Shown here: piece by piece, positions 41,148 through 50,733 of the stretch | Layout: the number at the start of each line of letters is the position of its first letter | How positions within the stretch are numbered: the first letter of the stretch is position 1 | Source of the DNA: Nitrospinales bacterium | GTDB lineage: Bacteria; Nitrospinota; Nitrospinia; Nitrospinales; VA-1 | Assembly (NCBI GenBank): GCA_965262115.1 | Contig: OZ253496.1 | Location: forward strand, 1,604,447 to 1,668,446 | Direction of reading: 5' to 3' | DNA length: 64,000 bases | Program-made: the position numbers and the translations under genes | The notes under the pieces: model-generated | Told to the model about the DNA's origin: nothing | The model's input: the letters and a program-made list of their open reading frames with translations, nothing else | Databases searched by the model: none

Positions 41148-43470
41148 AGAAAAAACAGTACATATACTAATCCGAGATTTTTTTGGTGTGATTGCGCTCG
41201 CCTTCACTGTATTTAGCTTGATGGCGTTGACGACTTTTTCCCCCGATGACCCGTCTTTCAATAAAAGCATTACCGGGGTGAACGTGGCAAACTCTGCCGG
41301 CAGGGTCGGAGCTTATTTTTCCGATGGACTGGTCCGCGTCTTTGGCAGTGGTTCATTTTTCTTTCCGGTGATCACGGCGCTTTTAGGTTGGGCTTTGATT
41401 CGGGGAAAAGATTTTCACAACTGGGTGTTGATTTTAAGTTCGGGGGTTTTATTTTTGATCGGACTATGTTCTCTGCTCGCGATCCAGTTCGAGGTCGATC
41501 CGTTTTTTGGTTCAGCGGTTCCGGTCGGCGGTTTGGTCGGCCATGGCCTTGGTGGATTTCTGATGACATGGTTGAATGCTTCAGGAGCAGTGCTGACCTT
41601 GATCACTTTATTGTTCGTGGCCTTTCTGGTGATGACGCGCATTCCGGTCAACGCTCTGGTGGAGTGGATCGGAAAAATATTCCAAGCCCTGGCTGCAGTG
41701 TCAATATTGGGGGCGAATGCAATAAAAAATATGACTTTGAAAAGCTTGTTGGCCACCCGGACTTTGATGGAAAAATTTCAAACGGTGCGAGAGGGGATGC
41801 AAAAAATTAATAAAGCGGCGCCGGTGATCGTCACCCGTACCCGGCCTGAACCGGTGGTGAAGATTGTAGAGAAGACAAAGAAAACCAGGGAAGAAAAAGT
41901 CGAGTTTGTTGTTCAGGATCATTTTGCTTTCATGAGTTCATCTGGTAAATATCAGGTTCCTCCACTTTCCTTGTTGGAAGACCCTCCACCGGATAAAGAT
42001 GTTCGGGCGGATAAAACCCGCGACGAGATTCTTGCCAGCAGTGCCATTCTGGAAAAAAAGTTGTCCGACTTTGGCATTGAGGGGCGGGTGGTTCAGGTTC
42101 TGCCGGGTCCGGTCATCACTTTGTTTGAGTATGAGCCGGCGCCGGGGGTCAAGGTCAGCCGCATCGTATCTCTGGCGGACGACCTGTCGTTGGCTATGCG
42201 TTGTGTAGGGCTCCGCATTCTGGCTCCTGTACCGGGCAAGCCGGTGGTGGGCATTGAGATTCCCAACCTGCGGCGCGAGACCATTTATTTTAAAGATGTC
42301 ATGACATCAGATGTGTTTCAGGAGTCGGAATCCAACCTCACTCTGGCGATTGGCAAAGATGTTACCGGCGAACCGGCGGTGCAGGATCTGGCGACCACGC
42401 CGCATTTACTCATGGCGGGTTCGACCGGGTCGGGTAAAAGTGTCGGGCTCAACGCCATGATCTGCAGCATCCTTTTGAATGCCACGCCAGATGAAGTCAA
42501 AATGATCATGATTGATCCGAAGATGCTGGAGTTGTCTATCTATGATGGTATTCCGCATCTTATTTCCCCAGTGGTCACCAATCCTAAAAAAGCTGCCGCC
42601 GCACTGCAGTGGGCGGTCAACGAAATGGAATCGCGTTACAAAATGATGGCCGAGTGCGGAGTGCGCAATATCGGCGGCTTCAACGAGCTTGCGGAGAAAC
42701 TGCAAAAGGAATATGAACTGGAACTGAAAAAACGCGAAAAAGCCAATAAAGGGTTCAAGCCTACAAATGATGAGGGCGAGGAAGAAGAGGAGATAATGCC
42801 GGAACCGCCCACGAAACTCCCCTGCATTGTTGTGCTGATCGATGAGTTGGCTGACCTCATGATGGTTGCATCCAAAGGGGTGGAAGACTCGTTGACCCGG
42901 CTGGCGCAGATGGCACGGGCCGCCGGCATTCATCTGATCGTGGCCACGCAACGACCTTCAGTGGATGTCTTGACGGGAATCATCAAGGCTAATTTCCCCG
43001 CACGTATGTCTTATAAAGTCACCTCTCGGGTGGACTCCAGAACCATTCTGGATGCTATGGGTGCCGACAAACTTCTCGGTAAAGGCGATATGCTGTTTCT
43101 GCCTCCTGGGACTTCCAAACTTCACCGATTACATGGGGTAATGGTCAGCGATGCGGAAATTCAACGCATTGTGGACTTTATCAAGAAGCAGGCGAAACCG
43201 CATTATCAGGAAGATATTTTCGAGTCGGTGGTTCAGGAAGAGAAGGGCGGAGGAGAAGAGGAAGAACCGTTTGACGAAAAATATGATGAAGCTCTCGCCA
43301 TTGTTGCGAAAGACCGGCAGGCTTCCATTTCTTACATACAGCGGCGATTAAGAATAGGCTATAATCGGGCAGCTCGAATCATTGAAACCATGGAGAGAGA
43401 AGGGGTGGTGGGCCCATCTGATGGAGTTAAACCCCGCGAAGTCTATGTCAGCCCGATCAAAATTGAATAG
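41140..43470 (+). CDS. ftsK: DNA translocase FtsK
   Basis: N-terminal TMs, PHLLMAGSTGSGKS, IDELADLM, QRRLRIGYNRAARI gamma domain. Confidence 0.95.
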   Translation: MSEEKTVHILIRDFFGVIALAFTVFSLMALTTFSPDDPSFNKSITGVNVANSAGRVGAYFSDGLVRVFGSGSFFFPVITALLGWALIRGKDFHNWVLILSSGVLFLIGLCSLLAIQFEVDPFFGSAVPVGGLVGHGLGGFLMTWLNASGAVLTLITLLFVAFLVMTRIPVNALVEWIGKIFQALAAVSILGANAIKNMTLKSLLATRTLMEKFQTVREGMQKINKAAPVIVTRTRPEPVVKIVEKTKKTREEKVEFVVQDHFAFMSSSGKYQVPPLSLLEDPPPDKDVRADKTRDEILASSAILEKKLSDFGIEGRVVQVLPGPVITLFEYEPAPGVKVSRIVSLADDLSLAMRCVGLRILAPVPGKPVVGIEIPNLRRETIYFKDVMTSDVFQESESNLTLAIGKDVTGEPAVQDLATTPHLLMAGSTGSGKSVGLNAMICSILLNATPDEVKMIMIDPKMLELSIYDGIPHLISPVVTNPKKAAAALQWAVNEMESRYKMMAECGVRNIGGFNELAEKLQKEYELELKKREKANKGFKPTNDEGEEEEEIMPEPPTKLPCIVVLIDELADLMMVASKGVEDSLTRLAQMARAAGIHLIVATQRPSVDVLTGIIKANFPARMSYKVTSRVDSRTILDAMGADKLLGKGDMLFLPPGTSKLHRLHGVMVSDAEIQRIVDFIKKQAKPHYQEDIFESVVQEEKGGGEEEEPFDEKYDEALAIVAKDRQASISYIQRRLRIGYNRAARIIETMEREGVVGPSDGVKPREVYVSPIKIE

Positions 43471-43486
43471 GGTTTTCGGAAAGAAT

Positions 43487-44356
43487 TTGGTTATCCTGCT
43501 GGTGCTGTTTCTTTTGGTTACTTTTTGCGCAACGCAGGTCAGTTTTGCGGGGATTTACTCCTACCGGGACGACAAGGGCAAAACCCATTTTGTCGATAGC
43601 CTCTCCAAGATTCCCAAAAAGTATCGCAAAAAAGAAAAAGGGGTTCGCAAGCTTCCTGATGCGCGGAAAGTGGCTCCCCAGACTTCTTCCGCTTCAGGAC
43701 ATCATATGGAACTTCCGGGAGCGGTTACATCAAATGAAGAAATCCAGGTTCCCCTTATTCCCACTGGTAGTGGGAATTTTCTCGTCGATATCGTTATCAA
43801 TGGAAATATCGATGCGCGGTTAATGCTCGATACCGGTGCCTCCTTCATCACCCTTACTGAAGATATTGGTGCTAAATTGGGGATCACGCCTTACTCCGAC
43901 AATGCCGAGATGCCTTTCAACACTGCGGGCGGAGTAAATTGGATGCCGCTGGTGGCGCTGGAAACGGTTACGATGGGCGGCGCCAAAGCCCGGTGGGTTG
44001 AAGCGTCTATCAACAGCCATATCAAGGATATTGATGGACTGTTGGGAATGAGCTTTCTTGGGGACTTACGCTTTGCAATCGACCGCGTCAACGAACGTCT
44101 CACTTTAAAACCTTTGCAGGGTCCTGACGAACTGACGTGGGATGACAAGCCGGGGAACTGGTGGAAAAGCCGGTTCGATCATTATAAAAAGTCCCTGCTG
44201 AGTTTTTTTGCCCAGGCAAGAACCTACAAGCGCAAGGGACATGAAAAGGCAGGGAGCCTGGAGAAGGCTGCAGATTTTTATAAGGACCTGAAGAAGAAAC
44301 TTTTATTCAGGGCTTCCACTTCCGGCCTGCCAAACCGTTTTCGGCCGTCGTCATAA
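43487..44356 (+). CDS. DUF4124 plus retropepsin-like (clan AA) aspartic protease
   Basis: IYSYRDDKGKTHF; LMLDTGAS; GLLGMSFL. Confidence 0.8.
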   Translation: MVILLVLFLLVTFCATQVSFAGIYSYRDDKGKTHFVDSLSKIPKKYRKKEKGVRKLPDARKVAPQTSSASGHHMELPGAVTSNEEIQVPLIPTGSGNFLVDIVINGNIDARLMLDTGASFITLTEDIGAKLGITPYSDNAEMPFNTAGGVNWMPLVALETVTMGGAKARWVEASINSHIKDIDGLLGMSFLGDLRFAIDRVNERLTLKPLQGPDELTWDDKPGNWWKSRFDHYKKSLLSFFAQARTYKRKGHEKAGSLEKAADFYKDLKKKLLFRASTSGLPNRFRPSS

Positions 44357-44366
44357 TTGGTGAGCC

Positions 44367-45140
44367 ATGCAAGGTTCCACTGCCGCTGACCAGGACGATT
44401 TTCTCTTTATCCTGTTAGGGGCCAGCAACCTGGCGCGGGGCTACTCTGCCCTGACCCGAAAAATTTCCCAAAATATTTCACGAGTCGAGTTTGTCAACGC
44501 GATGGGACCAGGCCGAGGTTATTGCGCCCGAGGAGGATTGTTTAATTTCACCTATTCTCCCATTGGTGAATGCCGGGTCATGGAATCTGCCAAAGCTTAT
44601 GCGGAACGTGGTTCTCGAATAGCGGTACTATTGACCGATATCGGCAATGACATCATGTATGGAGTGCCCGACCCATCTCTCATTAAATGCCTGGACAGAC
44701 TGATCGAAAAATCCCTGCAATGGAACGCCGAGGTCTTTGTGACTTCCATTCATGTGGATGTGTCCAAAGATATAGGAAAGGCCTCCTTCAAATTATTGAA
44801 GGCCATCTTTTATCCAAAAAGTCCGGTGACTTTTGAGCAGGCCGATGCGGCGGTAAAAAAGGTAAATCATTACCTTGAAGAAAAATCACGGCAGAACGAG
44901 CGGGTTCATTGTGTGAGTGGACTGGGCGCATTCTGCGGCATGGATAAAATCCACTACAGCCTGCAAAAAAGTCATCTTGCCTGGTCGCGTATTGCCGATG
45001 CAATGCTTTCGGCGCTGGGTGTGGCCTCCGCTGGGAATGTTGGTCCGGGTTCCGTGATAGTTTCTCTTTTCCAGGGCCTGAACCACCTGATAGCTTCTGA
45101 TATGCTGAGGATCAGAAAAAAGCCAAAAGGGTTTTTCTAG
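44367..45140 (+). CDS. Hypothetical protein, SGNH/GDSL-like
   Basis: LLGASN, DIGND and DKIH motifs. Confidence 0.6.
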   Translation: MQGSTAADQDDFLFILLGASNLARGYSALTRKISQNISRVEFVNAMGPGRGYCARGGLFNFTYSPIGECRVMESAKAYAERGSRIAVLLTDIGNDIMYGVPDPSLIKCLDRLIEKSLQWNAEVFVTSIHVDVSKDIGKASFKLLKAIFYPKSPVTFEQADAAVKKVNHYLEEKSRQNERVHCVSGLGAFCGMDKIHYSLQKSHLAWSRIADAMLSALGVASAGNVGPGSVIVSLFQGLNHLIASDMLRIRKKPKGFF

Positions 45141-45178
45141 AAATTTTTATTGGCATTTCAGGATGCCGGGGATCTTTT

Positions 45179-45919
45179 ATGGGACATTGTCTTGCCATTA
45201 TCCGGATAGGGGCGTACATCGTTGTGTTTGTTGTGTTCGTGATGATCGGTGTGTTCGGGCATGTTTTGTTTTTCATGTCACCACCACGACTTTTAAGATG
45301 GATCGTTTTCTTCGAGCAATGGTGGGCCCGCGTGACTTGCAGGGTCTTCAATATTCATGTGCGGATTGAAGGAAACGCAAAGATAAAACCGGGATCGCTG
45401 ATTGTCGCCAACCATGTCGGCTCGCCGGATATTTTTGTTTTGAGCGCATGCTTTAAAGGGTTCTTTGTTTCCAAAGCCGAGATCGCCGATTGGCCCCTGT
45501 TCAGCTGGCTGGCCCGATTGGGGATGACCATTTTTGCAGACCGGAGCAAACGCCATCAGGTGAAAGCTGTCATCGGGGAAATTGAGGCACGATTAAAAAG
45601 CGGGCATTCCGTGATTCTGTTTCCCGAAGCCCGGGCGACCGATGGAACCGATGTGGTGCCCTTCAAGTCGGCGGTCTTCGAGGCAGCGGTTCTTGCTGGC
45701 CGACCTGTTGTGCCTGTAGAGATTCACTATCATGACGGCCATCAGCCAACGATTGCCTATTATGGAGATAGTTTCATCAGCCATATTATGACATTGTTAA
45801 AAACACCCAGGCTTTCAGTGACGGTAACGGTGCTGCCGGAAATTTCAGCGGGCGCAGATCGGCAAACCCTGGCGGCAAAAAGTTATCGGGCCATTCGCGA
45901 TCAACACATCCACCCCTAG
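45179..45919 (+). CDS. Lysophospholipid acyltransferase (PlsC family)
   Basis: ANH.G.PD, FVSKAEI..WP, LFPE, PFKS. Confidence 0.88.
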   Translation: MGHCLAIIRIGAYIVVFVVFVMIGVFGHVLFFMSPPRLLRWIVFFEQWWARVTCRVFNIHVRIEGNAKIKPGSLIVANHVGSPDIFVLSACFKGFFVSKAEIADWPLFSWLARLGMTIFADRSKRHQVKAVIGEIEARLKSGHSVILFPEARATDGTDVVPFKSAVFEAAVLAGRPVVPVEIHYHDGHQPTIAYYGDSFISHIMTLLKTPRLSVTVTVLPEISAGADRQTLAAKSYRAIRDQHIHP

Positions 45920-45944
45920 CCGCCGGGCAACGCCCGGTGGTAAG

Positions 45945-46124
45945 GAGAGCTTTGCATAAGTCGAAAAATCGAAGAATCGAGATGCTTCGACATACCCCTC
46001 CGGGGCAAGAAAGCTAATGAAGGGATAACACAAGGGCAGTAGCCGTGATATTTTTCCTCAGTTTTTACCCGTTCCGGGCATGAAGACAAATGAAGAGGAC
46101 ATCACACGTGCCCCGCAAGGGTTA
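45945..46124. repeat. Composite repeat: TIR, 40-bp module (45993-46032), and 40-bp module (46044-46124) interrupted by an inverted 41-bp module (46066-46106)
   Basis: Removing 46066-46106 gives CGTGATATTTTTCCTCAGTTTTCGTGCCCCGCAAGGGTTA. Confidence 0.85.
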
Positions 46125-46217
46125 AATAGCATATTGCGCCGAGATGCCGATTGAAGGTAAGATTAAGCCATTGCCATTTACCCGTGGAGGAACTCCACTT
46201 TTTGTAAAGGATTCAAC

Positions 46218-46724
46218 ATGATTCATCCTTTTAAAGGTCGGAAACCGGAGATTGACGATTCTTCCCTGGTGGTAGAAAGCGCACAGGTCATCGGTGATGT
46301 GAAGATTGGCGAAGAGAGCAGTGTGTGGTTCAACGCGGTGATTCGCGGGGATGTCCATCACATCCGCATCGGCAAGCGCACTAATATTCAGGATGGTTGT
46401 GTCCTGCATGTGGCGCGCAAAACCCTGCCGCTGATTGTCGGCGATGAAGTGACGGTGGGCCATAACGTCACCCTGCACGCCTGTACCATTGGTTCGCAAT
46501 GTCTAATCGGTATGGGAGCGATTGTTATGGATGGCGCGGAAGTGGGGGGACAGTCCATCGTTGGTGCCGGTTCCCTGGTGACCCCGAACACGAAGATTCC
46601 GCCGAAGAGCCTGGTGCTGGGTACGCCGGCGAAAGTAAAACGGGAACTGACTGAAGAAGAAATTCGCGGTATCCGCGAATCGGCCGCCAATTATGTCGGC
46701 GATATTGAAACTTACCTCGATTAA
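46218..46724 (+). CDS. Gamma carbonic anhydrase family protein
   Basis: IGDVKIG, IRGDV, NIQDG..LH, VGH..TLHAC hexapeptide repeats. Confidence 0.92.
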   Translation: MIHPFKGRKPEIDDSSLVVESAQVIGDVKIGEESSVWFNAVIRGDVHHIRIGKRTNIQDGCVLHVARKTLPLIVGDEVTVGHNVTLHACTIGSQCLIGMGAIVMDGAEVGGQSIVGAGSLVTPNTKIPPKSLVLGTPAKVKRELTEEEIRGIRESAANYVGDIETYLD

Positions 46725-46729
46725 GACGG

Positions 46730-47623
46730 ATGACTGAATCTGCCCCGTTCAAGGTTCCCATTGCGGTGCTGGGCGGTAGTGGGGCCTATCATCTTCTCAC
46801 TGGGCAGGTCCTTGGTCAGGAAAAAGACTGTCAAGTTCTTCAAACCCCTTATGGCGAAAGCGCACCGATTCATCACTTCAGTTCTAAAAGCCGGGACTTT
46901 TTATTTTTATCCCGCCACGGTGAAACCGATTATTCCATCACCGCTCCTTTTGTCAATTACCGCGCCAACATTCACGCCTTGAAAAAATGCGGGGTCGAGA
47001 GGGTCATTTCCTGGTCCGGTCCGGGAATCATCAACACCACCTTCAAGCCGGGAGATTTTGTGGTTCCGCATGATATCATCGATGAAACGCGCAACCGCGA
47101 GACCACGTTTTTTAAGAATACGGGAATCGGGTTCATCCGCATGAACCAACCCTTCTGTCCGCAGATCGCCAGCGCCCTGCACGACACCCTGCACTCGAGC
47201 GGACTACCCCATCATGAACAGGCGGTCTATGCCTGCACCGAAGGGCCGCGTCTGGAAACCCCGGCGGAGATCCGCAAACTGCGCCTGTCGGGCGCCGACC
47301 TGGTGGGCATGACCCTTGCCCCGGAAGCCTTCCTGGCTCGGGAAATGGAAATGTGCTACACGCCGTTCTGCTACCTGACCAATTATGCCGAGGGGGTAAA
47401 GCCTGGAGAATTTAAAAAGGGGGAATTGTTTGAAGGCATGCAGACGGAAGAAGAACGAAAGCAGGTCGATGCAGCAATACAAAAATTTCCTCAACTGATC
47501 GGCGCAGTGTTTGAAAATTTGGATGGCGTCCCACGTACCTGCGATTGCCCGGAAGCAATGCGTCGCTACAAAGACAAAGGCCTGCTCGGCGCAGGGCCAA
47601 TGGGCCAAGACCCGAAAAGCTGA
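46730..47623 (+). CDS. MTAP/purine nucleoside phosphorylase family
   Basis: LGGSG, TPYG, SRHG, VNYRANI, EGPRLETPAE, VGMT. Confidence 0.88.
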   Translation: MTESAPFKVPIAVLGGSGAYHLLTGQVLGQEKDCQVLQTPYGESAPIHHFSSKSRDFLFLSRHGETDYSITAPFVNYRANIHALKKCGVERVISWSGPGIINTTFKPGDFVVPHDIIDETRNRETTFFKNTGIGFIRMNQPFCPQIASALHDTLHSSGLPHHEQAVYACTEGPRLETPAEIRKLRLSGADLVGMTLAPEAFLAREMEMCYTPFCYLTNYAEGVKPGEFKKGELFEGMQTEEERKQVDAAIQKFPQLIGAVFENLDGVPRTCDCPEAMRRYKDKGLLGAGPMGQDPKS

Positions 47624-47718
47624 TGAAAAAACGTTTGCTCGCCACTCACTCCCGTGGGAGGAAATATAGCAAGGCTTGATTAGGCCGAGATAACTCTTTG
47701 CCAGTGGATAGAGCCATT

Positions 47719-47932
47719 TACCCCTTCTGGGCACGTGTAATATTTCTTCATTTGCCTTCATACCCCGAAAGAGTAATCTCGGGTCATACAAAGCTCTCCT
47801 TTGTGGGAGGGGAAGCATTATTGAATCTAGTTCCTCCCCTCTCATGAGGGGAGGCAAGGCGTAGCCGCGGAGGGGTGTGGATTTTTCTGATGAAATTCCT
47901 GTTTCCGCATTTTCGACTTATGCAAAGGTCTC
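47719..47932. repeat. Repeat cluster: partial module, 40-bp module (47736-47775), two TIR-like ends, CCCCTC palindrome
   Basis: TGTAATATTTCTTCATTTGCCTTCATACCCCGAAAGAGTA; TIR-like ends finishing at 47798 and 47932. Confidence 0.7.
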
Positions 47933-48078
47933 TACGGCTAGTAGCCGTGACCGGCGAGCCGCCGGTGGCTGTTAGATGCCTCCTTAGCCTCGTGTATCAC
48001 CAGGGGGATGAGCAATTATTTTTTAAGCCGAGATAACCGGTTGAATGCTCAATAATGTTATTGCAGTCGCCTCCCTCG

Positions 48079-48369
48079 TCAGAGGGGCCAGGCTTCGAAT
48101 CCACCGGTCATGCTGTAGACCTCTTTGAATCCATTTTGTGAGAGGTATTCGGCGGCACTGCGGCTGGAGATGCCGTGGTAGCAGCAAACAATCAGAGGTT
48201 TTTCCTTGTCCGCCGATTCGATGTACTCTTTAACATTTCCATCGTTCAGAGAAACGGCGTTGGGGATGTGACCGGCGGAGTAAGACCCTGGATCGCGGAT
48301 ATCGACCACATTCGCAGAATCTTCTTCAACCATTGCCTGTGCTTTGTGAGGATCCAGTTCCTTAAACAT
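48079..48369 (-). CDS. glpE: Single-domain rhodanese (GlpE-like)
   Basis: VDIRD, GHIPNA, CYHGISS active loop, GGFEAW. Confidence 0.82.
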   Translation of the reverse strand: MFKELDPHKAQAMVEEDSANVVDIRDPGSYSAGHIPNAVSLNDGNVKEYIESADKEKPLIVCCYHGISSRSAAEYLSQNGFKEVYSMTGGFEAWPL

Positions 48370-48461
48370 GGTTTGCAATCCTTTATTAAGGTTCGGACAT
48401 CTATATATAGGATGACCAATATACATATAAGATGACCAACCCGAAAAAAAGTTCCAATTAA

Positions 48462-49154
48462 ATGCCACTCTCTGAACTGGAAAAATCTTTTAATAGCGCC
48501 AAAGAAAATGCTTCACCGGTTGAGACGGTGGCGGCGATCATTCCATTGGCCGATGCTTACCAGCAGGTTCGAAAATATGATTCGGCAGTGCGTTGCTTGC
48601 GGGAAGCGTTATCCGTAATTCGGGAAAAAGGAGAGGCCGGTCAGGAGGCGGTGGTTTTGACTGCGCTCGGCACCGCTTTCTGGGAAAAGGCGCAGCTGCA
48701 AAAAGCTTTGGACCAGTTCAGTCCGGCTCTGGACCTGTTTAAACAGTCCGGTGACAAGACGGCGGAACGAGTCATTCTGGCGATGGTGGGCATTACTTTC
48801 TGGCGCAAATGCGAATGGCAAAGAGCGCTGGAAATCCTGGCCGATGTTTTTTGCGAGGCGGATAAACTGATCGTTGATGACAGGTTCATGTCGGTGCAAG
48901 GAGCGTTGGAGAGAGGCGTTGCTACTTTGCAGAACCGGGTGCGCATGGGGCGCGAGCTTCAAGACCCTTTAAAAATTTTGCAGCCGTTGTTTTCTGGTTG
49001 CGTTTTGTATCGAGTTTTGGGAAACCGCGAGCAGTTTGAACTTTGTCTGGATGAAGCGGTGACTTTGGCGGAATCGTTAAATAAAACCGACATTCTCGAT
49101 GCCGCCCGGATTATTAGGCAGCTCGGCGCAGGGCCAGCAAGTCAAGGCCCATAG
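48462..49154 (+). CDS. TPR-repeat protein
   Basis: TPR-like helical repeats. Confidence 0.7.
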   Translation: MPLSELEKSFNSAKENASPVETVAAIIPLADAYQQVRKYDSAVRCLREALSVIREKGEAGQEAVVLTALGTAFWEKAQLQKALDQFSPALDLFKQSGDKTAERVILAMVGITFWRKCEWQRALEILADVFCEADKLIVDDRFMSVQGALERGVATLQNRVRMGRELQDPLKILQPLFSGCVLYRVLGNREQFELCLDEAVTLAESLNKTDILDAARIIRQLGAGPASQGP

Positions 49155-49224
49155 TGTCCTAAGAAAAAATTTTCTTGCCGGAGAAATTATTTTTCGTTGC
49201 CCCTACTGCCTATTGAGCCCAGCG

Positions 49225-50151
49225 TCATACTGGCTGGGCGTGACCCGGTTTAAGCCAGGTCAATTCGTTTTTGTTGTGGAACAGGTGCAGAACCCGGCTA
49301 TCAGGAATGGCGGCAAATTTGTCCGCGATGGCAAGGTCGGGTTCGCCTTTGAACTTGATCGTGCAGATGAAGTTTTTGCAGATGCCCGATTCCATCCATT
49401 TTAGAATCCATTCATAAAGTTTGTCCGGGTAACAGATCACATCCGAGAACAGCCAGTCGATGGGCCGTTCCTCAAACTCCTCCGGCACCAGCGTGAACGC
49501 ATCGCGTTTCTGAAACGAGACGCCTTTTAATTCGGCAACCGATTGAGATAAGGGTGATCGGTCGATGCTCAAAACCTCTGCTCCGCATTGTTGAATCACC
49601 CAGGCCCAGCCCCCCGGACTGCCCCCAACATCTATACAGAACTCGCCAGGTTGCGGTGTCATGCCGGTGAGAGTGAGAGCTTCATAAAGTTTTAAATAAG
49701 CGCGGTTGGGCGGCCCCTTTTTGTCTTCGACAAAATGCGCTTCGCCGTTCGGGAATGGACTGGAACACTCTGCTGATGCGAGCAGGGTGTTTTCATCCAG
49801 CAGGGTGAAGGTCCCTGGCGGGACTTGCGGTAAAGAAGCAGGAAAACTCAGGGGTTTAGAATTCACCGACGGCAGTTTTTCCAGAATCAGTTTGGCGCGG
49901 CGGTGCAGGGTGTGCGAATAGAGGCACCAGTTGCGTTGCAGGGATTTTAGTTTGTTGGCGGCGTCGTTGATCGAGTCGATTTCAAGGACGACAGGATTTT
50001 CCCAGATATTCTGCGCCCAGTGCGCCTTCCTGGCAGGTTGAGAGGAAAGCACCAGTTGGCCGTGCACCGCAACTGCTCCATTAAGTTCTTTCAATAGAGG
50101 TTCGGTGAACCCCTCCGCCGCAAGATAAGCCGATTTTATTTCGGAGGTCAT
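49225..50151 (-). CDS. RNA 2'-O-methyltransferase (RlmM/FtsJ-like)
   Basis: PPNRAYLKLYEA, DVGGSPGGW, WLFSDV. Confidence 0.8.
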   Translation of the reverse strand: MTSEIKSAYLAAEGFTEPLLKELNGAVAVHGQLVLSSQPARKAHWAQNIWENPVVLEIDSINDAANKLKSLQRNWCLYSHTLHRRAKLILEKLPSVNSKPLSFPASLPQVPPGTFTLLDENTLLASAECSSPFPNGEAHFVEDKKGPPNRAYLKLYEALTLTGMTPQPGEFCIDVGGSPGGWAWVIQQCGAEVLSIDRSPLSQSVAELKGVSFQKRDAFTLVPEEFEERPIDWLFSDVICYPDKLYEWILKWMESGICKNFICTIKFKGEPDLAIADKFAAIPDSRVLHLFHNKNELTWLKPGHAQPV

Positions 50152-50205
50152 TGACGGGATCATACCGGTTGGCATGGATCGGCTCAAGCGTTAAAGCGTA
50201 AAGCC

Positions 50206-50455
50206 GGGATTACCCCTTCTACCCGTTCCGGGCATGAAGTTTAAGGAAGAGGACATCACATACCCGTGCCGGGCATGAAGACTAATGTTGGGGATATTAC
50301 AAACATCACGTCTTCGTCACCTTGTTCCTCAGAATGACAAAATAGCCTTTTATTGTCATGCTGAGCTAGTGATATTTGACCTTTGAATTCTTGCCCCGTA
50401 GGGGTATCTCGAAGCATCTCGCTTTTCTGTTTTTTTAAGCTTACGCAAAGGTTTC
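50206..50455. repeat. Composite repeat with modules at 50220-50260, 50261-50300 and 50368-50406
   Basis: Same scaffold as 52793-52983 but with different module content. Confidence 0.85.
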
Positions 50456-50733
50456 GGAGGATTGGCTTTTTCTTTGCGGGTTTCGGGCTGTTTTTGAAGG
50501 AATCCGAGCGGCGTTTTACCCCCCCCCTCCCCACCAGCATGATTAAGGAATATAAAACAGTAGGTTAGAGGATTTTTGAGTTGCTTGCAAAGACATGCCT
50601 TTGATGCTAGAATCATCAAAGCTTGTAATTAAAGAGTTAGAGTTAATCAGATTTCAAAACTAGGAGGTAAGTGATTGTGTCGTAATCGAATAGCAGGATA
50701 GGAAGAAATATTGAACAGAGCGGGATATTTTGG

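Noticed and set aside
50220-50300. Tandem modules as a CRISPR or TIGR-type guide array
   Set aside because: At most two units in tandem, cores are reused at distant loci rather than unique, copies are dispersed, and no cas or Tas gene is nearby.
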